The notes below the pieces were generated by a model. The model was given only the letters and a program-made list of their open reading frames with translations. It did no database searches and was not told where the DNA came from. DNA of 61,919 bases, the filler included, from Diploschistes diacapsis (lineage: Eukaryota): NCBI GenBank assembly GCA_023645945.1. It is 5 parts of 5 records of this genome, joined end to end, with 100 filler letters (N's around TTAATTAATTAA, not from the genome) between each part and the next. Parts side by side here need not be neighbours in the genome. Positions count along the whole stretch, not along the records: positions 38,641 to 46,335 come from JALAIB010001250.1; positions 46,436 to 54,130 come from JALAIB010001251.1; 3 more parts are not named here. One strand, given 5' to 3'. Of this stretch, positions 38,541 to 51,005 are shown one piece after another. How positions within the stretch are numbered: the stretch's first letter is position 1; every line of letters begins with the position of its first letter. The translations under genes and the position numbers were made by a program.

Positions 38541-38640
38541 NNNNNNNNNNNNNNNNNNNNNNNNNNNNNNNNNNNNNNNNNNNNTTAATTAATTAANNNN
38601 NNNNNNNNNNNNNNNNNNNNNNNNNNNNNNNNNNNNNNNN
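38541..38640. other. Artificial contig-joining linker
   Basis: N44-TTAATTAATTAA-N44. Confidence 0.97.
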
Positions 38641-39950
38641 GGCGGGAAGTGGTAATGGTGAAGAAGCTGGAGAAGGTGAAGCCAGGACATTGGGATTGGG
38701 AGAAAATTATGAGTGGATCAGGAGGGTGGTGGGCGAGGAGGGGGAGAGGGGCGCGGGGCAGAATGGAGTGGCGGGATTGCCGAGCGATACTATGGATGAA
38801 AGCGCCGTTGTGGGGGAAGGGGAGGAGTAGATGGAGGAGGTAAGGATAGACGGATGACCAGTACTGGAAGAAGCTGGAGAAGAAGAAGAAGAAGAGGAGG
38901 AGGAGGAGGAGGAGAGAAAAGGGAGGAGAGGGAGAAGAAATTATTCGAATTCGCTTTCATCGCTTATGCGGGGTCCGCGCGATGATTGCTGCCTACTCTA
39001 TCCGCCCGCTCTGCTAGACGAGTGGCCAAGGAAAGGGAAGTTGAGGACGAGTATGGATTTCTACGACAAGCATGACAGGCACTGCATCTTCTGATAAAGA
39101 ACTTTGCTGCGCTATGCTACAGGCGCTTTTCATGCGGCGGGATGTGCATCTCTAGACTCCACGCGCATATCAGGCATCGGGCAGAATTTCCTACACGAGA
39201 GGAACAAAGGTTGGGACCAGAAGAAGGGGCGGCTGAACATGCATTATAGTGCATTCAGCAGGCACAGATACCTTCATGGGCGTTAGCAAGCCTGAAATTT
39301 AGAGCACCGACTTCACGTATGCATGGCGGGTGGGTGCCCTTCATAGAACACGCGTATTGATCAATGGTTGATCCAGCTAGCTTTTCCGTGAAACTCGCAT
39401 TGTAATTGCTTCTTTGTGACATGGGCTATCCGTTATCAAATTCATTCTCATATCTCCGAGGAGGTCGTCCACAACTGGTGAATCTGTCCGTAAACGATAT
39501 TACGCTCTGTAGCATGATGTGTCGCCCCTGCGCGCCAATCAATCATGATCTCCCTTCCTTCTCTTTTGATTTAAATGACTCCGAGAACAATGTCCTATGT
39601 CGCGCTGCAGCTTGACGTGCGACCTTAATTGGTTGACTCCGTTGGTAGCAACGTGTTTGAAACTTTGTCGTGATAAAATGACATGAGTAAAGTAAAACGT
39701 AAAGGTCACCAAACACCACCAGCTCCATGCTCGCTCCATGGTCCATCCAATGCGAGGGAGTAAAGTCACGCCATGTCCTGCTGAGTTGGGTATCTAGTAT
39801 TAAACAAACCACAAGTACCATAGGTAATATCCGAGTAACGCCATAAAAGGACAGCGACAACAGCACCACCGCGAATGCAGTGCTGCTCACCCAAACATAT
39901 TTTCAAATCTTCACGTAGCTGCTTCGCTCCTGCTCTTGACGTATCTCGTC

Positions 39951-42923
39951 CTAACCAGCCCACTTCCCTGCAACTGCCACAGCCTTCACATCCCCCAGCT
40001 TCTTCATAGCCTCGATATGTTGCTCGTAACTCTCATCCCAATGGGCCCTGACCCTCATATCCTCCTGCATCCACGCCATATACCGCAAGTACCCTTCTTG
40101 CCCCACGCTGTCCAGCCACTGCTTCGGCAGATTGTTCTCGATCATGCCCTGCCTGGCCGAGAAGTGCGCCAGCATCTTCTGGTTAAACATATTCCACTCG
40201 GCCATATACTTACGCACGAAGACCATGTAATAATCGTAGTCCTTGCGAGTCAAAGCGGCGGTATTGGGTGTTTTGGGTGCCTTGGGGGGATTTGGGAGGG
40301 CAAGTTTGTGCGGATGGATTTCGGCAGCAGGGAGGGTGGCGGCGGGCTTTGAAGGAAATGGGAGGTTATCACCCAGGTCACCGATATTGCCTAGGCCGCT
40401 GGCGTTGCTCGGGGTGAAGGGTGCGGATTGGATAAAGTCCTTTTTCATGCTCGAGATCGTGCCATTTGTGTCCCGAATGGGGGTCGGTGACGGCGCTGCG
40501 CTACCTGTCGGCGTTATGTTAGGCTTCTGGGAACGGATTGCGTTACCAAGCGGATCGTAAGTAGATCTCATTTCAGCGCTGATGGGTGGGGTTTTACTAT
40601 CAATATCCATTGCGCTGCCGTTGCTCGAATGGCCTGCGCTTGCGCTTTTGGTCATCGGAGGAGCTTGAGCCACTTCTTCGCTTGAGTCACTCGATGCGGC
40701 AGATACCGATGCTGGCTGAGGGAAATTTGGCCGCTTCGATGCCGTCGACATTTTGCGCGGGGTCTGTCGAGGTTTCATGGGAGAGGCACGTCCCCGCATG
40801 TCTGGGCCGAAGGTGGGAAGGGGATGAAATGGATTCATAGCGGCGTCGCCGAATTTCTGCTGCCATTCTTGCTGAGAAAATTGTGAAGCAGATCTGTCGG
40901 CTCCTCCGTCTTTAGTAGGCAAATTGGGCTCCGAAGAGCCATTGGCGAAAGATGCACTAGTGCGAGACTGGTCAGCTCTATTCATCATTGCAAGCAAGCA
41001 ACCTTTGTCCCAGTTGATTGGACTGCCCAAGCTCAGGTCATCCGAAACTCTTCTCTTGCTCGGCAACACATTGGCTATGTTGGAGCGCAGAGTAGCTTGA
41101 GCGTCACCAGTTACCATTACAGCAGGTAATTTAAATTTCAAATCGTTGTTGAATCTAGGAAAACGTGCAGAAGAAAAAGTAGCAGCATACTTTGGCTGCG
41201 GTCCGCATTGAACGGGCGGATCGAAATGCCTATGTGTATCGTCCTTCTTGTAACCAAATTTCTCCTGCCAGCTAGCCGGTTTCTCGAGCGGCTCGAAATC
41301 CTCATCATCAACGTTCCTAGGTGGTGTAGCGGTAGCGAGGGGCGAACGTGATTTGGGACTTCCCGTTGGGTCTAATGACGGTTTCCGACGGACTCCTCCC
41401 AGAAGATCGCCTGTACTGGTTCTTCGAAATGCTGCTTCACCTGGCGAGAGTTTCTCCTTTCCTCCTTGACCGCCATTCGCATTTTCCGCAGTCCAAGTGG
41501 AGCGCTTCACAGGCTTACCAAACTCGAATGTTTCTCCATCCGGGTTCTCAACTGTGACCGAGGGTTTAGGAGGTGGAGGCATATGTTTGCTCTCAGTGAG
41601 GCCTTTAGCGGATAAATATCGGGCTGCAAACCCTCTGGGACGAAGCTTGACTCTCTCCTCGCCTTCGGAATCTGAAGACTCGTCCGAGGACGAGGATGAC
41701 TGCTGCGGGTTCGGGCTTCTCATGCGGGGACTTGCACTCCTGTGCCTCTCATTTGGTGTACGGGGACTCGATTTTGCAGAAGCGTAATTTCCCCCCCCGT
41801 TTTGGAGATTCGACGCCGACTCCGAGCTCAGGTTACTGTTAAGTCCCTCACTAGAGAAGTATGTCTTCTCGCCGCCACTGGTAGCGTAGGGAGTACTGAC
41901 TCGATCATTCATGTTCTCCTCGCTCCTAGGAGACCTGAAACCCGTAAAGGGATCTGGCCCAGAAGGTGAGGCTTTTGGATCTTGAGCACTTGTTGGCGGC
42001 GCAGGCCGCGGATGAAAATGTTGCGGTCCGGTTGCGTGCGGAATACTCCCACGATGTATGTTGTAGTAAGCAGAAGCATTCCGAGCGGGAGGTTCGTCAC
42101 CATCCAGTGTTCCCGGATCAAATCCGGACTTCTTAGGAGTGCGCATCGTCTTGGAACGAGTTACTCCCGGAGGAGGAGCGTTGCTTTCGAACTGGTCCCA
42201 CCCTGCCCTTGCCTTTGGCGTTGTTTGCGTACCGGCACTACCCGTGGCGTGCGCAAATGTATTGGTTCTAGGTTGCGGCCTTCCTCTAGAGGCCATGTTT
42301 GGGGGCGGTGGTGCACCGCGACCAGGCGCGGAACCTCCCCTTTCTGCCGGAGTCGCACCACGACCGGGTGTGGCCCCTGCCTTCATGTTCCCCCACGCTC
42401 GGAAAGCATGTGCTGCCTCCGCCCTGCTTTGTGGTTGTGCTGTGTTTGCCTCAGCCCAAGCATTTTGGTTCGCGGTCCAACGTGCGTACTGCGAAGCGCC
42501 CGAAGGAGGCGATTTCATATCCGGTGGTACATGTTGCGAGCGCTCCTGCCGTGGCGGTTGAGTCGGCCGAGACAAGTTTGTGTATGAGTATGGGACATTA
42601 TTTGTCGGAGACTTGAAAGCGGAATACTTCCCACAGTACCGCAATCGGTCAGCATCATACTTTTCTCTCGTTGTTGAGTCGACAAGGATTTCGTAGGCGG
42701 CCGAAATGTCTTGGAATTTCATGCCGGCTTCTGCCTCGCTGCCAAGATTCCGGTCCGGGTGCCATTTCAAAGCTGTACAAAAGTACGTCAGTACGAGCTA
42801 ACAAGAACAGAATTATACAGCCTTACCTAGTTTATGATATGCCTTCTTGATCTCATCAGAGACTGCATTGGACTGGAGGCCAAGGATACCATAGTAATCC
42901 TTGGTGAAGTCCGACTTAACCAT
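39951..42923 (-). CDS. Large DnaJ (J-domain) protein with a long disordered body
   Basis: MVKSDFTKDYYGILGL..IKKAYHKL-ALKWHPDRN..FQDISAAYEIL (HPD motif); intron 42773-42826; probable second in-frame intron 40957-41190. Confidence 0.9.
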
Positions 42924-43871
42924 CTTATCGACACCTCATCCCACCTCAAATGATATAGTGTTGTTAATTCCTGTCCGAGTATGTATGAACAAAAAAAGGT
43001 AGCTTGATTGTCGACTGCCCTATGATCCGCTAGACCTCGAAGTGGTTGCGCTCCGAGCAATTTGCAGTAACATACTAGATAAGCTAAGATATTAAGCCAT
43101 GTTTCTTGCAATCAAAGAGTAAGACGTCACTCTGGGTGTACAGCTATAGGGAGGGTTGAATGTCGCGGTTGGCCGTCTAGCGAGTCGGTAGTGGGGACTT
43201 GTAGTCTGAGTCGTGCTTTTCGCTTGAGCGCCCTTTTCCGGGTGTAGGAAAGCCTGATCTAATCGAGGCCCCAGTTACAGGGCAGCAGAGGGAAGGTAGA
43301 GAGATGTGTGGAGGAAAAGAAGCAATCAAGGCACAAGAGTTTTGTAGAGGTTGTGTGTGGAGGAAGATGCAATTGTGGGCGGTGATGAGCTGTCACGCTT
43401 CTGGTTGGCCGAGGTTTTGCAAACAAATCAGGGACGACATGTGTTTAACGTTGACAGCTTCTTGCATATATAGTACGTTATAAAAGTTAAAAGAATTATC
43501 TTCGCGTCTGAACACTTTTTTCGGAAATAATAGTTAGTTTTTATTTATACTCTACTGTCTACTATAATCCGTGAGCGAGTCCAAGCGCTCAAGTCAATAT
43601 TATATATGGTTGCTGGGTGCGGATATGCATCTTCTTCCGTCTGATGTTCTGAACCACACCTTCAAATCCTTGTCGATAAACTACCATGACTGCCCTTTAC
43701 TAGAAATTTGTACCACTGATGGTTACTGCAGGCTATTCGCTCCATCAAATTCTTTCAACATGTACAAGACAACCCATGCTGCGGAAGAAACGGTGCTTGA
43801 AAGAGAATATCTGGTGAAAAGTATGGATAGTCGAGATAATCGAGGATACAATCGGGGATGCAATGCCGAGG

Positions 43872-45108
43872 TTACTTCGAACTTCTCTTTTTTAGACTCT
43901 CTATCCATTCCGACGCTCTGCTCTTGGGCACGATGTTTACCTTGACAAGGCCGTCAACCACCTCCACCATACTGCCGCTCAGAACCTTCAATAGCTCAAC
44001 CTTCTTTCCCCACTTTATCAGCCCCCCTTTCGCGGTTTCTATATAGGCATCGACTCTTTTGACAGTGTACTCGTTCAAATTGTCCCACGGCAATGGAAGG
44101 AGATAGTCAAAATGATCTTGAAGAGTCTCTGCTTCGCCAAAAGACTTGATGAAATCCGTCTGTAGGTGGAGAGGGTACAAAATGACAATGGGGAACACCA
44201 GGGTGCTTTCTGGCGACAAAGGGTCAGGCACGAGCTTCACAGCTGCGTCTTCCATTTCCGGTGGCTGGCCCGTGTTTCTTATTGCGATCTGACGAGCTTT
44301 GAGGGCAATGTTAACCATCCCCGCCTCTTTCTTCGTCCTGTCCCGTTCTTCCTGCTTCTTCTTATCCTCTTCGTCCTGCGCCGCCTGTCTTGTCTGAATC
44401 CTTTGGCTTAGGCTAGTAAATTGGGCATTGGACTGATCGACAGTTAGTCCAGCTTTGCACGCTGATGCAGCTTCGGACAGCTTGCCCAGAGCAAAAAAGG
44501 CACTAGCCATCCGATAATGCGCCTTTATGCTCTGGGCGTTGATAGACAGGGCAGCCAAACAGTCAAGCGTACAGGAGCGATAGTTCTCTGCTAATGTATG
44601 AATTATTCTGATCTAACCTCGCATGGCATCGAGAACACGTACGAATTTCTAGGTGACATAGTGCCCTATTTACCAGCAACAGCTCTTTGATAGCAGCCTC
44701 CTTCCTATTCTCATCTTCACCACTCGGGTCCTCATCTTTCCGTTCTCCTTTAAGAGCAGCAAGTCCCTTGGTATAAAACTCCTTGGCCTCCTTCCAACGC
44801 TTCAGCCGTGCGTCCTCGTTACCTTGCTCGCGAAAATTCGAAGCAATTTCGGCCCTTGTCCCTTCGTATATCAGTGCGCGTATCGCATCCAGCTCTGGAT
44901 TCTCCTCATCGCCGGCATCATCAAGCGAGGTCATGAAGAAAGGAGACCTTTTCAGATCCTTCACCAGGTGATCTACGCTCTGCTTCTGCTCCGCCATCTG
45001 GGGCGGGAGAGATGGACCTGGCGTCGGCAATGCTGCCTCTGAATTTGCTTTTGCATCGTACACTAGACTCTCGTTATAGTTGTCTGGGAGCTCTTGTATT
45101 CGCGCCAT
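43872..45108 (-). CDS. CNS1: TPR co-chaperone Cns1/TTC4
   Basis: PFFMTSLD, LIYEGTRAEIASNFREQGN, NRALCHLE-QNYRSC TPR repeats, C-terminal LVFPIVILYP..QTDFI; intron 44588-44642. Confidence 0.92.
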
Positions 45109-45515
45109 ACTTGGCAGTGCTGAGCAAGTAGCGAGCAACTACCGAGTTTCGAAATACAAGCGAATGTAAAAGAACACTGCAGCAGGGGGTTACCACCTTA
45201 CTTATTGATAGGGGATGCGGTTGCGGGATACTTCAGTGCTTCCGTGCAGTGAACGGTGCCAAAATTTGAATGAAGGCTCTCAATCCAGCATCACACTTCC
45301 ACCAAATGTAGTCAGTAGATCATTCAGAGGTACTGAATACAAGGTAACATTCTAACAAGGTCGGAGGTTGTAAGCGACAATATCGCTGGCGTGCCCTTAT
45401 CGATAAGCGAGTACCCCTAATACGGAGTTGACTCCGATATTAGGACCAGACTCATAGATATTCGACAATGGCACAGTTTCCAAAAACTTTCTACCTTTGA
45501 TCCTCACTTGTAACG

Positions 45516-46335
45516 ATGGAGGGCAAGAGGAAGTCTGCCTTTAACCTCGAGACTTGCGCAAGGCCAAATATTCTTAAACTCCAGCCCTATCGCTGCGCCA
45601 GAGAGTACGTACACAGTAATCCCCTTGAGCACCGGGTTCTGACTCACCAGCGACTATGAAGACAATGGCACGAACATACTCCTAGACGCCAATGAGAATG
45701 CCTATGGCCCGGGACTCGACCTTTCAGGGCAGCCCACTACCAATGGCAGGCCCGACAGCACCCATAACGAGCACCACATCGACCCATCCCTCAAACTCGA
45801 CGGCCTGCACCGCTACCCAGATCCGTAAGTCCAAACATACTGAGGGTTCTTCAGTCTAATCAACCCTCCTCAAAATAGGCACCAAACCGCCCTCAAGCAA
45901 CTAATCTGCGACCTCCGCAATCCTCCCTCCCCATCCCAGCCGCTCCTGACACCCCCTAATCTCTTCCTCGGCGTCGGTTCCGACGAAGCCATCGACACGC
46001 TGATGCGCACCTTCTGCGCGCCCGGCCGCTCCTCGATCCTCACCTGCCCACCAACATACGGCATGTACAGCGTCAGCGCGTGCGTCAACGACATCGCTGT
46101 CGTCTCCGTGCCGCTGCTCCTCCCCTCCTTCGAGCCCGACGTGCCGGCCATCATGCGCGCATTGAGCGCCAATCCCGAGATCAAGCTAGTGTTCCTCTGC
46201 TCGCCCGGGAACCCGACGGGCGCGCTGGTCCCCCGCGCGGCGGTCGAGGAGATGCTGAGCCACGAGAGCTGGAACGGCGTGGTGGTGGTGGACGAGGCGT
46301 ACATCGACTTTGCCTGTCCCTCCCCTTCCCAGCAC
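45516..46335 (+). CDS. HIS5: Histidinol-phosphate aminotransferase, 5' part (truncated by contig end)
   Basis: CARPNILKLQPYRCARD, LLDANEN, RYPDP, GVGSDEAID, PPTYGMY, CSPGNPTG, VVVDEAYIDF; two introns. Confidence 0.94.
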
Positions 46336-46435
46336 NNNNNNNNNNNNNNNNNNNNNNNNNNNNNNNNNNNNNNNNNNNNTTAATTAATTAANNNNNNNNN
46401 NNNNNNNNNNNNNNNNNNNNNNNNNNNNNNNNNNN
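46336..46435. other. Artificial contig-joining linker
   Basis: N44-TTAATTAATTAA-N44. Confidence 0.97.
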
Positions 46436-46667
46436 AAATTAATTTATAATAATCGATTAAAGAACTTTAAATACGCGAACGGTCGCTCGAATATTAATAT
46501 ATTATTAAAAAATTAAAGCATATAAACAATCGTTAATATCCGATTTTAATAATATCGAGTCGTTTCGATGCGAAGCGGCCATTATCGAGAAAAACCGAAA
46601 GAATGGTGAATATCGCAATGTGAGGTGGCCCAGATGGGGGGGTGGCCCAGATGACCGTGAAATACGT
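46436..46667 (-). mobile_element. Second RIP-mutated Fot1/pogo copy, 5' end, related to 7799-8677
   Basis: Collinear with ~8455-8677; ATG at 46582 gives MAASHRNDSILLKSDINDCL versus MTTSHRNNSILIKSNINDCL; TIR GTGGCCCAGATG..GTGGCCCAGATGACCGTGAAATACGT-TA. Confidence 0.85.
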
Positions 46668-46669
46668 TA

Positions 46670-47100
46670 TTAACGAAGATCGAAAGGTCTTAACGGCGGA
46701 AATAACGTTTCGGTTAGATTTCGAAGGTTGTCGAAGAATCGATTAAGTTTAGTAGTAATAAGTAACGGTTCTATTAGATTTCGAAAATTGACGAAAAATT
46801 AAAAAGTTTTAGCGTGATTTAGCTGAATGTCGATTATTATCGGAGATCGAAAGGTTTAATAACGATTTAGCTGGATTTCGGAAGTTGAAAAGGCTTTCGA
46901 TTAAGTCTAATAGCGTAAATAGTGGTACTGCTAATTGTCGAAGATTAACGAAGGTCGAAAGGGTTCAGCAAAGGTTTAGCTAAATTTTTAATAACTGTTA
47001 AGGGTTTCGACTAGGTCTAGCAGCGTAAATAGCGGTGCTACTAGTTGTTAAAGGTTGACAAAGAAGATCGATAGTGTTCAGTATTAGGTTCAGCTGAGCT
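46670..47100. repeat. Degenerate AT-shifted tandem array (about 54/108-nt period)
   Basis: TAAGTCTAATAGCGTAAATAGTGGT (~46902) recurs as TAGGTCTAGCAGCGTAAATAGCGGT (~47012) and more weakly at ~46744. Confidence 0.5.
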
Positions 47101-47643
47101 TCGATCCTTGTCGGGAAGGAGGAAAGGGGGTCGCTTTTCGTTAATTTGGCAAATAATGAATCCGGGAGCCAAGTATTTCTTATTTAGGCCTACCCTTGGC
47201 CAGCGTAATAAGGTCCCGCGATCTTTTATAGTAGTATACCTTCTACTTTTAAATCTGCCCACCCTGGGGTCTTATGATTCAGATCCTGGGCTTTCGGATT
47301 TCTTCGATTTAGGTCTTCTTCAGACCAGCGTATTCGGTCCCGGGCTCATAACCTGTTTAGCAACATAATGGATATATTGAAGTCTAGAGGTCTTGTCCTA
47401 GGAAGTATCCTACTGTGCAGACTTTTATCTTCCACGGTGGGCGCTAAGTCTTACTGCCCTTACTATTCCCGAACCGGTCTAGCCAGAATCCCAGCAGGTT
47501 CAGGGGGGGAAGTTCACCTGAACTGAACTTCCCGGTTACCCGAACTGAACCTCCCGGAATTAGATCGAGCCTGCCATGCCTTCTGCCTGTCCGCCCAACA
47601 GATTATATCTAAAAACCGTAGAATGTTGGCGGTAGTGATTCAA

Positions 47644-47687
47644 AGTGACCGAGCTTTAGGAGTGGCCGAGCTGACCGTGAAACACGT
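47644..47687. mobile_element. Orphan Fot1-like TIR
   Basis: AGTGACCGAGCT..AGTGGCCGAGCTGACCGTGAAACACGT-TA, same design as the TIR ending at 46667. Confidence 0.65.
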
Positions 47688-48319
47688 TATATGTCATAGC
47701 CATTAATGTAATAATGTGGTCTATAACTACTGAAAAAAGTATTTATTATTATAATATTCCCTATAGCGCTGGTAATCATAGGTAATAAAATATTCTTTCG
47801 TCTTACCTATAGTTTTGGGTTATCAATCATCCCGACCCACCGGTTCCAACTTGTTTATATATAAGATACGGGAATTGTTCGCCTCATGAATGTATCCTAC
47901 AATTTGTCCAAACCACATCACTCTTTCCCGTAAAGCTTATTTCCTACTTTATACTAAGCAATTGGACCCAGTAAACGCCCATTAGTAGACTTTCTACATA
48001 TATGAAACCGAGAGCAAGGCTAGACCGTTTACTGGTATGAAGGAAAATTATAATCCCTATAAACCAGGGGATAGAATCCATTATCTTCACCCGGATCATA
48101 TTTGCGTCACTGAAGGTCAAAGTGTAAAGAGCAGGGTATCTCAGAATCAAATCACATCCGAACTTCCTTAAGCCATCACCCATAAATCCAGCCCGTGACA
48201 GACGAAATCCCGTCAGTCTATGATCCAGCCCGAGCAACGAGCCTTGGCGGCTACTGAGAATGTAGTAACATGACCGTGCTCTCCCTATGACGCCAAGGGA
48301 AGTCGCAGTGCTTCCCGAG

Positions 48320-49534
48320 CTAGCCAAAGAGCTTAGATGTGTTGACGACGCATTGCAAAGCTGGATCGTAACAATGGGAGGAATGTCGGACGGTATCAAT
48401 GGCGTCCTCAAAGTACTTCCGATCAAACCAACCAGCTTTATCGTACGCTGTCCAAATTTTGCTAGACTTGTTCACGTCAATGTGACCACAGCTTTGAGCG
48501 TCGGTCTTGGTGAATTTCTTTTCCCTCACAAAATTGTTCACCCGGCCGACAAAAATACGTCGCTTCACACATAGGTAAGAAGCGCATGTGAGTCGAAGCC
48601 GACTAGCGAGAAAAACTTCTGCCTCGTGAAGCAGATGCCGATTGGGATCGCATGATAAGTCGAGCGCATTACCTTGCCAATCAACGCTAAGCGACCTGAC
48701 ATTGTCGGGCAAAGTTGATAAAGCTGGGCTGAAATCAGGTATTTCGTTGAAGTTGAAACTCGGTGGTTCATGTTTCTTGACAGCAGACGATCGCTTGACA
48801 TCAGTAGATTCAGATTTGGAACAGGAGGCTGAGCTTTTCTGGATTATTTTCGGGAATGTGGATCTTTTGACCCGAGAAGCAGCCCTTTTGTTGACAGTGA
48901 TATGCTGTTGGGATATTTCTTGCCCTTTGCTTGGCCTAATAAAGGCGCGGCCACGAGCTGAGCCTAGACGGGATGCTTGCACAAGTTTGTAGTTCCGGTC
49001 GGTTTCCTCCCTGGTTCTTTTCAAATATGCACCGGGGTTGTGGTTGTGCAGCTGGCCGATCCTTGAGACACAATTATCCATCAACACATATTTCTCTTCT
49101 GTGGGCACAACAAGTCTCCTCGGCAATGTGCCCTTGCTTGTTGGGAGAAGATAGTGGCAACGCATGCGCTGCGCCACAGCTTCCGCCTTCTCGTCTCTTG
49201 TGGCGATATCGTCGAAAAGTAACCCGCAGACCGGGCCATCGGTTCCATTTGGATAGAGTACACGATCATGGAGGAGCAGTCTAAAGTCCCTTGAAGTATT
49301 GTTGCTGTGACTCGGAAGTGTATCGGTGTTGATATTCCTCCGTGGAGAGTCAGGCGGCGAGGGCGGTATTCTTGTATTAATGACTTGAGCCTGATGTGTC
49401 TCGAGATCGGAACTCTTGCGAAGTGCGCAGACTTCTTTTGACCCATAAGCCACGGTGGGGAGACTGTTGAATTGATCAAGAGGCTTTGCTTCTGGCGGTG
49501 ACAGCAGTGATGATATCGACGGCAACAGTGACAT
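48320..49534 (-). CDS. SWIRM-domain protein (Fun19-like)
   Basis: ISSLLSPPE N-terminal motif; IPDFSPALSTL, LDLSCDPNRHLLHEAEVFLASRLRLTCASYLCVKRRIF, FTKTDAQSCGHIDVNKSSKIWTAYDKAGW. Start uncertain. Confidence 0.85.
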   Translation of the reverse strand: MSLLPSISSLLSPPEAKPLDQFNSLPTVAYGSKEVCALRKSSDLETHQAQVINTRIPPSPPDSPRRNINTDTLPSHSNNTSRDFRLLLHDRVLYPNGTDGPVCGLLFDDIATRDEKAEAVAQRMRCHYLLPTSKGTLPRRLVVPTEEKYVLMDNCVSRIGQLHNHNPGAYLKRTREETDRNYKLVQASRLGSARGRAFIRPSKGQEISQQHITVNKRAASRVKRSTFPKIIQKSSASCSKSESTDVKRSSAVKKHEPPSFNFNEIPDFSPALSTLPDNVRSLSVDWQGNALDLSCDPNRHLLHEAEVFLASRLRLTCASYLCVKRRIFVGRVNNFVREKKFTKTDAQSCGHIDVNKSSKIWTAYDKAGWFDRKYFEDAIDTVRHSSHCYDPALQCVVNTSKLFG

Positions 49535-50927
49535 ATTGGCGAGTTGATGAAATTGGCTGAGACAATTCTGGCAAGTCACTCAAAGGAAGGAATGAAAGGT
49601 AGATGATCGCAGCTCGAGGGTTTTGTGGCAAGGTCGTCGTGAATGGATTTGTCACCGGGTACTTTGTGAGTCGCCACAAGCCGGAGTTAAGACTTGTGAG
49701 TCAATCGGCCGAACATTGGATGCCCAAGAGAAGCAAGTGGAACTTTCTTGGCACTTCAGAAACTGCAAGAGAGTTTTAAGGACATGAAGCTTGGGAAAAG
49801 GGTAAAAATCCTGAACCAGGCTGCTTTTGTACCAATAGCTCAATAGCAGCAGTTGTAGTTTCGTAGGCAGCAACACAATGGGTACCTTGGGCCTAAGTGG
49901 GGAACCAAGTGGCAGCAAATTATACCATTAGTATCTTTGTCAGTAACATATTAAAGCAGTCTGAACAGGAACGTATATGCATGTACAATCATAGAGAATA
50001 GAAGCGCATCAAAGGGGAGTGAGGAAAAGTCAAAGCAGAAAGTACTGGGCCGAGAAGGTAGCACATACCCTTTGTGCCCGGTGGATAGTTAGCAAGCAGC
50101 CCAGAGGCGCCTTCCAAGCAACCCTGAGAGCATGACTCCGGTTTCAATAATCATGAGCATTTGAGAGTAATTAGGCGCGGCTGAGGACGTCAGCTGCTGT
50201 CGTCAGGCTGCTTTGTCAAGGTGTGCTAAAAGAGCCACCTGATCATTCGGTTGATGGCTTGATTGTTGCTTGATGTCTAGGACATTGCCAGTCAATGTAG
50301 CCAGTATCTAGACGACAATATATGACTCTCACCAGGTAATCGAACTGGAGTAGAATACTGTTTGCTCTGCTGTAAGGCATCTTCATAGCAAAGCCTTGAT
50401 GATCCTCGTTGATTATACTGAATGGTTTAGAAGCTATATTTCGCGCGAGGCCTTTGTTATGATATGATACTCCCAATAAGGTGCATAGGCACTTTCACCT
50501 TCGACCAGCCCATGCACCATACAGGGCGAATGATGTAGCAGATGCCGGTTGTGGACCAAACGTCTATGATGCTTAGATATCCTTGCACTCTCGCCACAGC
50601 AATGATCTGAGAGAATTCATTGTCATTATGGTTCAAAAAAGAGACGCGAAATGTATGGAACCTAGAATTTTCCATGTGCAGAAAATTTGATCGACCGTAG
50701 ATTACCTTATCCACAGCCTGGGATAAGGCGATAAAATGGCCCCTGAATCCCGTGATAAAGGGACCCACCACTTTTGGGGTTCCTTGTGAGAGACCTAGAC
50801 GTGGTGTAATTACTTTGGATACGTGAAGCTGCAGTAGGCACCCTCGTCTGATTCTCATTCTCCTTTCACCATCCTACCCACAATGATAACCATTCCAAAG
50901 CCCATTCATTACCTACCAGCTTTAAAG

Positions 50928-50966
50928 CTTCTTCTTCTTCTTCTTCTTCTTCTTATTCTTCTTCTT
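50928..50966. repeat. (CTT)n microsatellite
   Basis: About 13 units with one interruption, just downstream of the SAE2-like stop codon. Confidence 0.9.
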
Positions 50967-51005
50967 GGGATTTCCTCCTTTGTTGTTCTTCTATTCACAT
51001 TACCT

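Noticed and set aside
47494..47573. Possible mini hAT-like element (GCAGGTTC...GAGCCTGC with GAACTGAAC repeats)
   Set aside because: Imperfect 8-bp ends, no target duplication and no second full copy in the window.
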